The notes beneath the pieces are model-generated. The model was not told where the DNA came from. It made no database searches and saw only the letters and a list, made by a program, of their open reading frames with translations. A stretch of DNA of 64,000 nucleotides from Candidatus Woesebacteria bacterium (GTDB lineage: Bacteria; Patescibacteriota; Microgenomatia; UBA1400; PJMF01): contig JASFHL010000002.1 of the NCBI GenBank assembly GCA_050123235.1, positions 79,326 through 143,325 of the forward strand, read 5' to 3'. Both the position numbers and the translations under genes were made by a program. Every line of letters begins with the position of its first letter. Positions within the stretch are counted from its first letter, which is position 1. Positions 20,247 through 29,349 of the stretch are shown here, one piece after another.

Positions 20247-22106
20247 ATGCTAGGTTTAGCCACGATTGCTTTAATGGCTTATTTTATTCTTACTCGTATT
20301 ACTAATAAAAATAACGGAGAAGAACCTGTTCAAAGAATTGTTTTTCCAAAATGGTTTATGTGGAGTTTGGGCTTAGTGATTGTTGCTTTTAATATTTTTA
20401 TTTATGAAACAAGTTCTATTGGTATTGGTCCAGGTTTATTTAATCTTTTTTTAACTATAGCAATCTTGCTGACATTTCCACAAAATAAAAAAAGTCTTCT
20501 TGTTTATTCTCTAGCTGCTTTAAACATTTTCACAGGATTAGGAATCGCCTTTAGAGCTAATGGTTTTGTCCAATCAGTCAATGGTTTTGCCACTAGTTTA
20601 CTTATCATTGCTTTGCTGCTAATCCGCAGCTGGGATCAAATTAAATGGAAAGGACTCTGGTTAGCTAGACATGCTTTATCATTGATTCCCAACAGTTTGA
20701 ATCAATTAAGAAGATTATTTCTTCAATCTCCAGGTAGAGATAAGAAACGCTCTTTAGTTGCTTCGCTCATAAAAACTACAGCTTTAACTTTAGTAATAGT
20801 TATTTTCTTTGCCAATATTCTTTCAAATGCTGATCCTGTTTTTAAACAAATTATTGATAAATTTATGGATGAAATTGTGGGAAGAGCATTAGCTTCATTA
20901 ATTGTTGCTGTTATTTTCAGTGTTTTCTTTACCCTCCAAATCAAAACAGAAGAAAAAAATTATCGCCTCAAAGTATTGGCTTTTCATGATGTACTTATCC
21001 CGACTGCGGCTCTGATCACCCTACTAGCTGTTTTTATTTTTGTCCAGCTTAGATATCTGTTTGGATCACATCATGATTTGACTCAATTTAATCTGACTTA
21101 CTCAGAATATGTTAGAAAAGGATTTACTGAACTGCTCATAGCTTGTTTTTTTGGCAGTCTTGTTTCCTATTTAGTAATTCTAAAGTCAAGAATCTTTGAA
21201 AAAGCATCCCAGATCAAACAACTGCAATTAACTAATATTGTTCTACTAGTTGAATTATTTTTCTTATTAGTTTCGGCCTTTAAGCGAGACATTATGTATG
21301 TGGAAGTTTATGGCCTTACTAGAGTTAGAATTATTGGCGGAATATTTTTAGTTTGGCTTGCTGTTTTATTACTTTTGCTTGCAGGGCTTACTATCTATAG
21401 ACAAATGAAGGAAAAACATTTGTTCAGCGGAATTTATCTAGCTAGCATTCTGGTTGTACTTAGCTTAAATTTAATCAATATTGATAAAATTGTTGCTTCC
21501 TATCAACCTTTAGATACTTTTAAAGATAAAGACTACTTTTACATTAATAATCTCTCTGAAGACGCGATTGATGGCTGGGAAGAATCAATTGAATCATCGG
21601 AAAAAATTGTTTTAGAATTGCTTGATAGAATTGACTTAACAGAAGTAGAAAAAAAACGCCTAGCAATAGCTAAACTATCTTTGATCTCTATTAAAGAAAA
21701 CCGCAAAAAATTAGATCAGAAATATTTAGCAACTGAACAGCTAATTGATGAATATTTTAGTGATTATGGGAAAATTGCAAAGTATCTTGAACAAAAGAGA
21801 AAGTGGCAGGCATTTAATCTAAGTGAATTCCAAGCTTTTAAGCGAATGCAAGATAAGCAAGATCTCTTTTACAAAAAAGTTGATAGACTTATAGCGGAGA
21901 TCGAGAGTTATCAAGAAATTTATGAAATTGATTTATATGAACAAGAAAATTGGCGCTTAAGAGAATTTGAACATCCTTTTGTTTTTATCCATCTGGACTA
22001 TTATCCAAGAAGATTAAAAACTGACAAATATCCTAAAAACTATAAAACACCAGAATCACAAACCTTACCGTCTACTCCCTCAGTCACACCTCGCGCTACT
22101 AGATAA
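20247..22106 (+). CDS. DUF4153/DUF4173-like polytopic membrane protein
   Basis: LSNADPVF, TYSEYVRKGFTEL, MYVEVYGLTRVR motifs; many TMs. Confidence 0.75.
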   Translation: MLGLATIALMAYFILTRITNKNNGEEPVQRIVFPKWFMWSLGLVIVAFNIFIYETSSIGIGPGLFNLFLTIAILLTFPQNKKSLLVYSLAALNIFTGLGIAFRANGFVQSVNGFATSLLIIALLLIRSWDQIKWKGLWLARHALSLIPNSLNQLRRLFLQSPGRDKKRSLVASLIKTTALTLVIVIFFANILSNADPVFKQIIDKFMDEIVGRALASLIVAVIFSVFFTLQIKTEEKNYRLKVLAFHDVLIPTAALITLLAVFIFVQLRYLFGSHHDLTQFNLTYSEYVRKGFTELLIACFFGSLVSYLVILKSRIFEKASQIKQLQLTNIVLLVELFFLLVSAFKRDIMYVEVYGLTRVRIIGGIFLVWLAVLLLLLAGLTIYRQMKEKHLFSGIYLASILVVLSLNLINIDKIVASYQPLDTFKDKDYFYINNLSEDAIDGWEESIESSEKIVLELLDRIDLTEVEKKRLAIAKLSLISIKENRKKLDQKYLATEQLIDEYFSDYGKIAKYLEQKRKWQAFNLSEFQAFKRMQDKQDLFYKKVDRLIAEIESYQEIYEIDLYEQENWRLREFEHPFVFIHLDYYPRRLKTDKYPKNYKTPESQTLPSTPSVTPRATR

Positions 22107-22183
22107 AATTTTCTTTCACGAGCTAAATTCAATTTCTCTTACAAATATATTACAATATCCTGACTAATCAATAATTTTTATCA

Positions 22184-23344
22184 ATGTCTAAAAAAATGAA
22201 AAGCTACTATATTCACACCCTTGGCTGTCAGGCTAATAAAAGTGATTCTGAAAGGATAGCCTCTGATTATCATGCTAGAGGCTATAAAGAAGCTAAATCA
22301 TGGAAAAACTGTGAGCAATTAGTGATCAATACCTGTGCAGTCAGACTTAGAGCAGAGCATCGAGTCTATGGCTTTTTGGAAAATGTAAAAAAACATTTTG
22401 ATAAAACAGGCAAAAAACGACCAAAAATTATTCTCACCGGTTGTATGCTTCATCACGGAGAAGAAAAAATTAAGGAAAAACTTAAAATTATTGATGAAGT
22501 CTTACCTATCACAGAAGTCAGTTTTAACCGGCCGGCTCTCAGAAAAGATAAAAAACACGCCTTCATACCTATTTCAACTGGCTGCAACTCCTTTTGTAGT
22601 TATTGTATCGTGCCTTACTCTAGGGGGCGTGAGAAATCAAGGTCCATGGCAGAAATTCTAAAAGAAGTAAGAATGCTAATTAAACAAGGTTATAGTGAAA
22701 TTACTTTAATTGGTCAAAGTGTCAATTCTTGGGGTTTAGAAAAAGTAGGAGTTTCATACAGAAAAATGTTGATGAATAAAAAGTTAACAAGAGAGGATTT
22801 ACCTTCCAACCAATCACAATATCTAAAAGCCAATGGTCTTCCTCCATTTGTTAAACTATTACAGTCAATCTCTAAATTTTCAGAAATTAAAATTATTAGA
22901 TTTTTATCTGCCAATCCATGGGATTTTCATGACGAATTAATTGAAGAAATTGCCCATAATCCCAAAATTGACCGCTACATTCATCTACCTATCCAGTCAG
23001 GGAGTAATACTGTACTTCACCGCATGAATCGAGGTTATACAAGAGAAGATTATCTTGAATTAGTTAATAAATTAAAAAAAGCTGATCCAGATATTGTCTT
23101 GGGAACAGATATTATTGTCGGCTTTCCTGGAGAAACAGAGCAAGAATTTCAGGAAACAGTGGAACTTGCTCAAAGAATTGATTGGAAACTAGCTTTTGTA
23201 GCTATTTATTCTCCTAGACCTAAAACAGCCAGCTGGCGTTTGTATGAAAACAATGTTCCTTATAAAGTTAAAAGGAAGCGCTGGCAGATCTTAGAAGATA
23301 TGATTAATAAAAAAAATCTTAAAAAAAGACCCAAAGTAGTCTAA
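22184..23344 (+). CDS. miaB: tRNA methylthiotransferase MiaB-like radical SAM enzyme
   Basis: TLGCQAN, NTCAVR, TGC, GCNSFCSYC, HLPIQSGS, DIIVGFPGET; adjacent to miaA. Confidence 0.9.
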   Translation: MSKKMKSYYIHTLGCQANKSDSERIASDYHARGYKEAKSWKNCEQLVINTCAVRLRAEHRVYGFLENVKKHFDKTGKKRPKIILTGCMLHHGEEKIKEKLKIIDEVLPITEVSFNRPALRKDKKHAFIPISTGCNSFCSYCIVPYSRGREKSRSMAEILKEVRMLIKQGYSEITLIGQSVNSWGLEKVGVSYRKMLMNKKLTREDLPSNQSQYLKANGLPPFVKLLQSISKFSEIKIIRFLSANPWDFHDELIEEIAHNPKIDRYIHLPIQSGSNTVLHRMNRGYTREDYLELVNKLKKADPDIVLGTDIIVGFPGETEQEFQETVELAQRIDWKLAFVAIYSPRPKTASWRLYENNVPYKVKRKRWQILEDMINKKNLKKRPKVV

Positions 23345-23355
23345 TAATCTCAATT

Positions 23356-24342
23356 ATGAAACAACTTATCTCAATCATTGGCCCAACTGCTACTGGAAAG
23401 ACTTCTCTTGCCTTGGCAATTGCAAAACAACTACTAAAAAATAAAGAATACGAAGGTATAGAGCTTATTTCTGCAGATTCTAGGCAAGTTTATCAAGGCT
23501 TGAGTATTATTACTGGGGCTGATGTACCAGCTAATTTCCAAGAAACAAAAGCAAAAGCTGATTATCCATATTTCCAGCATAATTCAAAAAAAATTAATCT
23601 TCATGGCGTGGCTGTTATTAAGCCCAATCAAGAATGGTCAGTTGCCCATTTCAAAAAACTAGCTTTACAAATCATTCAAGAAGCTTGGCAAAAACAGCAT
23701 TTAGCAATAGTGGTAGGGGGTACAGGCCTTTATCATCAACATCTCTTTAGTAAAAGCAATTATTTTGGTATTCCAGCAAATAAAGAACTTAGAAATAAAG
23801 CAGAAAAAATGAAACTTCCTGAACTACAAGAATGGTTAAAAAAAATTAATCAAGAAAAGTTCAATCAATTGAATCGATCAGATAAAAACAATCCTCGTCG
23901 ATTAATTAGAAGAATAGAGATTGAACTCTTTGTCAAAAATTCTCAAGCAAAAATTAAAGCTAAAGACAAATTTAAGCCTGACAGTCAGTTGCTAATTGGA
24001 CTTCAAAATAAATTAGCAAATATCAAAGAAAAAATTAAACAAAGAGTCAAACAACGTTGGCAAAGTGGCGCTAAAAAGGAAGTAAAAGCCATCATCAGAA
24101 AATATCCTAATGAGAAACTGCCGGCCCTGTCAGCTACTGGTGTTAAAGAGATCAGTCAATTTCTAAGGAATGAAATTACGGAAAAAGAATGCCTTAATCT
24201 CTGGACCTTAAGAGAATACCAGTATGCCAAAAGACAAATTACCTGGTGGAAGAAAAGACCTGGGATAAATTGGCTAGATTTAAGTCAAAAAAATTTTAAA
24301 AAAAATGCATTCCAGCTAGTGTCTGACTATCTAGAACAGTGA
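23356..24342 (+). CDS. miaA: tRNA dimethylallyltransferase
   Basis: GPTATGKT, ISADSRQVY, VGGTGLY, YAKRQITW. Confidence 0.95.
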   Translation: MKQLISIIGPTATGKTSLALAIAKQLLKNKEYEGIELISADSRQVYQGLSIITGADVPANFQETKAKADYPYFQHNSKKINLHGVAVIKPNQEWSVAHFKKLALQIIQEAWQKQHLAIVVGGTGLYHQHLFSKSNYFGIPANKELRNKAEKMKLPELQEWLKKINQEKFNQLNRSDKNNPRRLIRRIEIELFVKNSQAKIKAKDKFKPDSQLLIGLQNKLANIKEKIKQRVKQRWQSGAKKEVKAIIRKYPNEKLPALSATGVKEISQFLRNEITEKECLNLWTLREYQYAKRQITWWKKRPGINWLDLSQKNFKKNAFQLVSDYLEQ

Positions 24343-24390
24343 ACAACTATAATCGTAGACGAAAGTTCAAGAAAGCTTTATACTTAGTCT

Positions 24391-25413
24391 ATGTTTAACT
24401 TTTTTCACCACAAAAAAAAGCAAGTGGAAATTTCCCCTTCAATAGTTGTCTTTTCTGCCTTTTTTTTACTCTTTCTATATTTTCTATATTACATTAGTTC
24501 AATCATTACGCTTTTATTTTTATCATTCATCATTATGATTGCTCTCAACGGAGCAGTAGCAAAAATTGAAAAACGCTTTAAAATTAATAGATTATTCAGT
24601 GTCATTTTTATTTATATTTTGGTGGTGCTAGTGAGCGTTACTATTTTTGCCTATTTGGTACCACCATTGGCTAAACAAGTCTACTTATTGCTACAAAGCA
24701 TTGATTTACCAGTAATAGATCATCTCAATAGCGTTGATAATTTGACTGAATTGAGTGAGCTGGCAGGAAAATATAGTAATTCTGTTAACACTATTTTTTC
24801 CTTTATCACTTCTACTTTTGCTAGTATCTTTACTTTCTTTACCTTGATAGTAATGTCTTTCTACTTAATTCTAGATAGACCAAAACTACACCTTAAACTT
24901 TATTGGTTTACCAAAGATAAAAAGAAAATTAAAATTGCCCAGGATTTTCTAGATTCAATTGAAAGTCAGCTCGGTGGTTGGGTCAGAGGACAGATCATTC
25001 TCATGACTATTATTGGCTTGGCTACCTTTCTGGGTCTGACTGTACTAAAAGTGCCATTTGCTTTGCCACTTGCTCTTTTGGCAGGGTTGTTGGAAATTTT
25101 ACCAAATCTAGGACCCACTATCGCTGCTGTGCCAGCAGTAGCTCTGGCTTTTATTAATCTTGGCCCTGCACGGGGACTAGCAACACTAATTTTCTATATT
25201 ATAGTTCAACAAGTAGAAAACAATTTTATAGTTCCAAAGATTATGAAGGAAAATGCTGATGTCAATCCTTTAGTGGCTATTACTTGTATCTTAATTGGTT
25301 TTAAAATTTATTCTGTAGTTGGGGCATTATTGGCAATTCCTGTTTATATTATTCTTAGAACTCTTTATTCCTTCTGGGCAAAATATAAAAAAAATATAGA
25401 AGCACCTTGGTGA
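24391..25413 (+). CDS. AI-2E family transporter
   Basis: LEILPNLGP, QQVENNFIVPKIM, GALLAIP; multiple TMs. Confidence 0.9.
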   Translation: MFNFFHHKKKQVEISPSIVVFSAFFLLFLYFLYYISSIITLLFLSFIIMIALNGAVAKIEKRFKINRLFSVIFIYILVVLVSVTIFAYLVPPLAKQVYLLLQSIDLPVIDHLNSVDNLTELSELAGKYSNSVNTIFSFITSTFASIFTFFTLIVMSFYLILDRPKLHLKLYWFTKDKKKIKIAQDFLDSIESQLGGWVRGQIILMTIIGLATFLGLTVLKVPFALPLALLAGLLEILPNLGPTIAAVPAVALAFINLGPARGLATLIFYIIVQQVENNFIVPKIMKENADVNPLVAITCILIGFKIYSVVGALLAIPVYIILRTLYSFWAKYKKNIEAPW

Positions 25414-25437
25414 GTAGATTTTTCGCAAAATAAAAAA

Positions 25438-25558
25438 TGAGCGGGTAACGATAAACTGCTCGAACCTAAGACCTCTTATCGAGCCTAGTTTGGAACTCCA
25501 GTTTCGTAATTTGAAAGATCATCTTGGCATTTTCAGCTTTTCTCAAATATCTAGCTAG
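25438..25558 (+). repeat. att-like repeat, copy 1 (right half only)
   Basis: TGAGCGGGTAACGATAAACTGCTCGAACC. The core is the reverse complement of a tRNA-Gly 3' end. The frame reads ERVTINCSNLRPLIEPSLELQFRNLKDHLGIFSFSQISS*. Confidence 0.8.
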
Positions 25559-26451
25559 AAAGAAACATCATTCAAATCAGAACTAATATTTTGAGCAGAT
25601 ACTTTTAAAGCGTTATTTTGAGGAGCTAGTTTAACTACTTCGTCAATAAATTGCGTTTTTTCAGTAGAATTGACGACATAAAGCGGGTTGCCATCAACTG
25701 TGGATGATTGTGATCCGTATTTTTTTACAAGATCTACAAACTGCTGGTCTTTTAAAATATCAAGATTCATAACTCGCACTATTGTTCCAGAGGATGCATC
25801 CCTTTTTTCTCCGATTAAGTCTATCCACACACCCAACGAGCTTATTCCATATGGACCTGGTTCTCTTACATTCAACCAATAGCTTTGACCATTGATCATA
25901 ACCGTTTTATAGTTACTTAAGGATTGGAAATTATCTCCCATCCCCATATATTTTGAGTTTTGGTGGAAGAAATACACATTTCTGATGTCGCCTGAAAATT
26001 CAGGATTTTCAACTCTGATGGACATATTGGCATAATTTTCGTCGGGAACAAAACAGTTTATTGAATTTTGAACACCGTAGGCAGTTTTTATTGATTGATC
26101 TAAAGTGAACGGTAGTTTGTTTAGACTGATCTTACTATTTAGGCAAAATTGAGAAAGGGCTTCAGATAGGTTAATTTTATTTGTTGTTTCTGTAGAGGCA
26201 GATGATGGGATTATAATTTCATCATTTCTCTCACTTATTGGAGTAGGAGTTGTCTGTTCTATTGACTTTAACGGTTGAGATTTATTACCAATGTAATATC
26301 CACTCAAGCCGAAGACTACAGCAGTAACCAAAAAAGTAATCAGTAATGGGAATAATATGTTATTCTTGTTTGTTGAAAAATTTTCAGCTTGGACAACTGG
26401 CCGATTAACTATAGTATTTTCGGGTGGATTTGCTTGACTTTTATCTTCCAT
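25555..26451 (-). CDS. Hypothetical membrane-anchored protein (cassette cargo)
   Basis: 298-aa ORF with one TM near the N-terminus, a Thr/Pro linker and a putative extracellular domain. Confidence 0.75.
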   Translation of the reverse strand: MEDKSQANPPENTIVNRPVVQAENFSTNKNNILFPLLITFLVTAVVFGLSGYYIGNKSQPLKSIEQTTPTPISERNDEIIIPSSASTETTNKINLSEALSQFCLNSKISLNKLPFTLDQSIKTAYGVQNSINCFVPDENYANMSIRVENPEFSGDIRNVYFFHQNSKYMGMGDNFQSLSNYKTVMINGQSYWLNVREPGPYGISSLGVWIDLIGEKRDASSGTIVRVMNLDILKDQQFVDLVKKYGSQSSTVDGNPLYVVNSTEKTQFIDEVVKLAPQNNALKVSAQNISSDLNDVSF

Positions 26452-26496
26452 ATTTTAATTATGGCTTAACTAAAGATAAATAACAAGAACATTTGC

Positions 26497-26762
26497 GGTT
26501 CGATTCCCATCACCGGTATTGCAACTTTCCAGACTAAACGAATTTTTGTAAAAGATGAGGCTCAAACTCGAGGAAATGCGAACTACTTGGGGAAAATTGA
26601 AGCCACAACAAAACTGCTCCCGTATGGAGCGGGTATGAGCGGGTAACGGTACTTTGCTCGAACCTATTTGGCCTGGACGACTATATCAAACCCGATCTAG
26701 TTTTGCAGTTACAAGCTCTTAAGGGTCACTTAAATATTAAGAGTTTTTCTCAAATAATTTAA
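26497..26762 (+). repeat. att-like repeat, copy 2 (full, with a ~10-bp core duplication)
   Basis: GGTTCGATTCCCATCACCGGTATT...CTCCCGTATGGAGCGGGT-ATGAGCGGGTAACGGTACTTTGCTCGAACC...; aligns with copy 3 along its length. Confidence 0.85.
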
Positions 26763-27288
26763 ACATTTGTGATTCTTTATCGTATGAACGAGCAGTTTCA
26801 AAAGCCTCCTCTAGAGATTTTTTGTTTTGAGCCAACTCATATGCGATATGAGTACCAAATAAATACGCTGAATTCCCGAAAGGCGCTCCAGAGGGTGCAA
26901 TATATTTTTTCACACCTGCATCTAGAAATGAGTTTGCTAGCTCTTTGTTTCCGGTCTCACACCCCAAGCTAACAATATTTTTATCTTTCAGATTTGCATA
27001 TTCCTTCACATCTTCTGCAGATAATGGTTTTTCTCCTGGGCATGTATATATGCCTTCTTTTTCATCACCATGGCATGCAATAAAAATTAAGTCTTCAGTT
27101 TTAATATTACCTTTGAGTATTTCTAGCAACTGTTTTCTGGATCCAATAAAGTGAATGTTTACATTGAACCAAAACCTTTCAAAAGCAAGTCTTAAGGCTT
27201 GAGCTTCAAGATCTGAATTTTCTAAAACAATTAGCGAAACTGGCAATTGTGATACTAACGGTGCTTCATGGTATTTATGTTCAGACAT
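26737..27288 (-). CDS. Small caspase/CHAT-like protein (cassette cargo)
   Basis: IFIACHG...IVSLGCETG, a His-Gly/Cys dyad pattern; LANSFLDAGVKKYIA. Confidence 0.6.
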   Translation of the reverse strand: MSEHKYHEAPLVSQLPVSLIVLENSDLEAQALRLAFERFWFNVNIHFIGSRKQLLEILKGNIKTEDLIFIACHGDEKEGIYTCPGEKPLSAEDVKEYANLKDKNIVSLGCETGNKELANSFLDAGVKKYIAPSGAPFGNSAYLFGTHIAYELAQNKKSLEEAFETARSYDKESQMFKLFEKNS

Positions 27289-27477
27289 ATCAAGTTAATT
27301 ATAGAAGAATTGGCTACGCTTTGGTATAGTCAGCTTACCGAATGATCTCTATGGTGAAGGTGCCTTACTTTTAGGGAACGATTGTTGGTGCTGGTGCACC
27401 AGTGATCCATCTTAGCTACAGGGATCGCTAGTCACTAATCAAGATGGAGAAATTTATTTTGCTCAAAATAACATTTT

Positions 27478-28359
27478 ATGTCACAAGGAAAGATTTTTGA
27501 ACAAATTGTCAGTTTGATCGAACACAGTTTAAAAAGTGACGAGAATGTCACAGTAAAGCACGATGTCAAACTAGTTGATTCATTAGGAATAGAAAGACAA
27601 ATTGATGTTTATATAACAGCTTTTATAAATGAGCATGAAATCACTGTCGCCATTGAGTGTAAGGATCACAACAGTAAAGTAAAAATTACTGAAATAGATG
27701 CATTTGATAGTAAAACTCGGAAACTTGCGGTGGATAAGCGAATATTTGTTTCTAAAAATGGTTATCAGTCAGGAGCAATCAAAACTGCAAAAAAAACAGG
27801 AATAGAATTGTGCACCCTTTCAAATCTTTCAAAAGAAGTACTAAAATCTTGGTTGCAAATACCAGGACTTCAAATGATAAATCAAATATATGATTTTAAA
27901 CACTCAAGATTTAATTTAGCTAAAGAAACGACAGTCAAAAAATTACCACCAAATTATGATATTGAGTCAAATCTATACTTGGCTGACAAGAAAAAACAAA
28001 TATCTACATCAGAGGTTAGACAGAACCTTATTAATCAGCTCTCAAAGCAACATCCTGACTTTTTTGAACCCAATAAGACCAAAAAAGTAGTTTTCAATTT
28101 CCCCAAGGAACCATATTACTTAAAAATTAATAATTTATTTGAACGAATAGATAATATTGAATCAATTATTTTTTTTAGATCGGAAATAACAAATCACCCG
28201 ATTTCTTATATACAACAATATTCACAGATTAATGGAAAAAATATTGCGAAGGCAGCGTCAATCGAGTTTCCTGCGTTATCTCAAGAATTTATCTTGAGCT
28301 TTGTTAGGTCAGAAAGTGACAACCTTACAAGGGTAGTTATTGCACCCAAAAAGAAATAG
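27478..28359 (+). CDS. Mrr-like (PD-(D/E)xK) restriction endonuclease domain protein (cassette cargo)
   Basis: FEQIV...RQIDVY...IECKDH...VSKNGYQSGAIKTA. Confidence 0.8.
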   Translation: MSQGKIFEQIVSLIEHSLKSDENVTVKHDVKLVDSLGIERQIDVYITAFINEHEITVAIECKDHNSKVKITEIDAFDSKTRKLAVDKRIFVSKNGYQSGAIKTAKKTGIELCTLSNLSKEVLKSWLQIPGLQMINQIYDFKHSRFNLAKETTVKKLPPNYDIESNLYLADKKKQISTSEVRQNLINQLSKQHPDFFEPNKTKKVVFNFPKEPYYLKINNLFERIDNIESIIFFRSEITNHPISYIQQYSQINGKNIAKAASIEFPALSQEFILSFVRSESDNLTRVVIAPKKK

Positions 28360-28404
28360 ATTTATGGGATACTTTGTTTTATTATTGAACTGGCTCCGAC
28401 GGAG

Positions 28405-28658
28405 GAGTTCGATTCTCGTCACCGGTATTATACCTTTCCAGGCTAACGTAATTTTTGTGAATTTTGAGGCTCGAACTCGGGGAAAGATGGATTACTTTGG
28501 GAAATTTTAGGCCACGACAAAACTACTCCCGTATGGAGCGGGTAACGATAAACTGCTCGAACCCATTTGGCCTGGATGACTATATCAAACCCGATCTGGT
28601 CTTGCAGTTGAATCTTCTTAAAGAGCGAATGGGTATTAGATCCCTTGTTAATACTTAA
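28405..28658 (+). repeat. att-like repeat, copy 3 (full)
   Basis: GAGTTCGATTCTCGTCACCGGTATT...CTCCCGTATGGAGCGGGTAACGATAAACTGCTCGAACC...; contains the open frame 28464-28658. Confidence 0.85.
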
Positions 28659-28662
28659 CCTT

Positions 28663-29298
28663 CTAATTATTAAGTCTTTTGTCTGTTGGTTCTATAAGTA
28701 CTCTTTCGGCTTGATTTAGGACACCAGAAATTCCCTGTACATAATATATTGGACAACCAATCTCGTCGACTATCCACTGTGGAATATTATAAGTACCCAC
28801 CCCTTCTGAGTTAGCACTACAAGCATCAAACGCTATTAATGTATATTTATTTTTGCCTGTTAAATCCTTGATTGGACCTCTCAAAAAATCTTCAACATCA
28901 ACAATTTTTTCACCAAATCCTTTAGTAGAAATAATCCATCGACCCTGTTTTTCTGCACCATGTCCATGAATAAGAAGTATGTTTGGAGATTCTGCAGATA
29001 ATATATCAATCAACCTGTTTTGTACAGAATCATAACTATCTCTTTTAATGCCAAAAATTCTTGTCAAAGAAATTAGAGGTTTAAATCTCGCATCTTTGAA
29101 CTCATGTTTTTCACCAAAAACTGTAACTTCTTCTACTGTATGTTGCCAATCAAGTATGACGCTATCGACACGAGCATCTCTTTCAAACTCAGGAGTAAAT
29201 TGAAAACCTGACTCTGTTAACACGAAAGGCCCTTTGTTAAATACTATTCGTGCCTTATCACCCTGCTGAAGAACATAATCAGTATAATTTTCAGGCAT
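28663..29298 (-). CDS. Hypothetical protein with a caspase/CHAT-like His-Cys pattern (cassette cargo)
   Basis: ILLIHGHG...LIAFDACSA. Confidence 0.55.
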   Translation of the reverse strand: MPENYTDYVLQQGDKARIVFNKGPFVLTESGFQFTPEFERDARVDSVILDWQHTVEEVTVFGEKHEFKDARFKPLISLTRIFGIKRDSYDSVQNRLIDILSAESPNILLIHGHGAEKQGRWIISTKGFGEKIVDVEDFLRGPIKDLTGKNKYTLIAFDACSANSEGVGTYNIPQWIVDEIGCPIYYVQGISGVLNQAERVLIEPTDKRLNN

Positions 29299-29349
29299 AT
29301 TTCATGATATTACTTAATGTAATTTTCTGTTTATTTCTGCCACTTTTTG

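Larger units (their letters stand above)
25438..29298. mobile_element. Tandem array of cargo cassettes delimited by tRNA-Gly-derived att-like repeats; no recombinase in the window
   Basis: Three homologous repeats (25438, 26497, 28405), each abutting the stop codon of a minus-strand cargo gene, next to the 3' end of a tRNA cluster. Confidence 0.6.

Noticed and set aside
26490-26520. GGTTCGATTCCC as an intact tRNA gene
   Set aside because: No D-arm, anticodon arm or 5' acceptor strand upstream; only a fragment. The same applies at 28405.
25438-28658. Repeats as a CRISPR array or classical integron attC sites
   Set aside because: Units are 120-265 bp and separated by whole genes. There are no cas or intI genes in the window and no clear RYYYAAC...GTTRRRY attC hairpin. 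The core is tRNA-derived.
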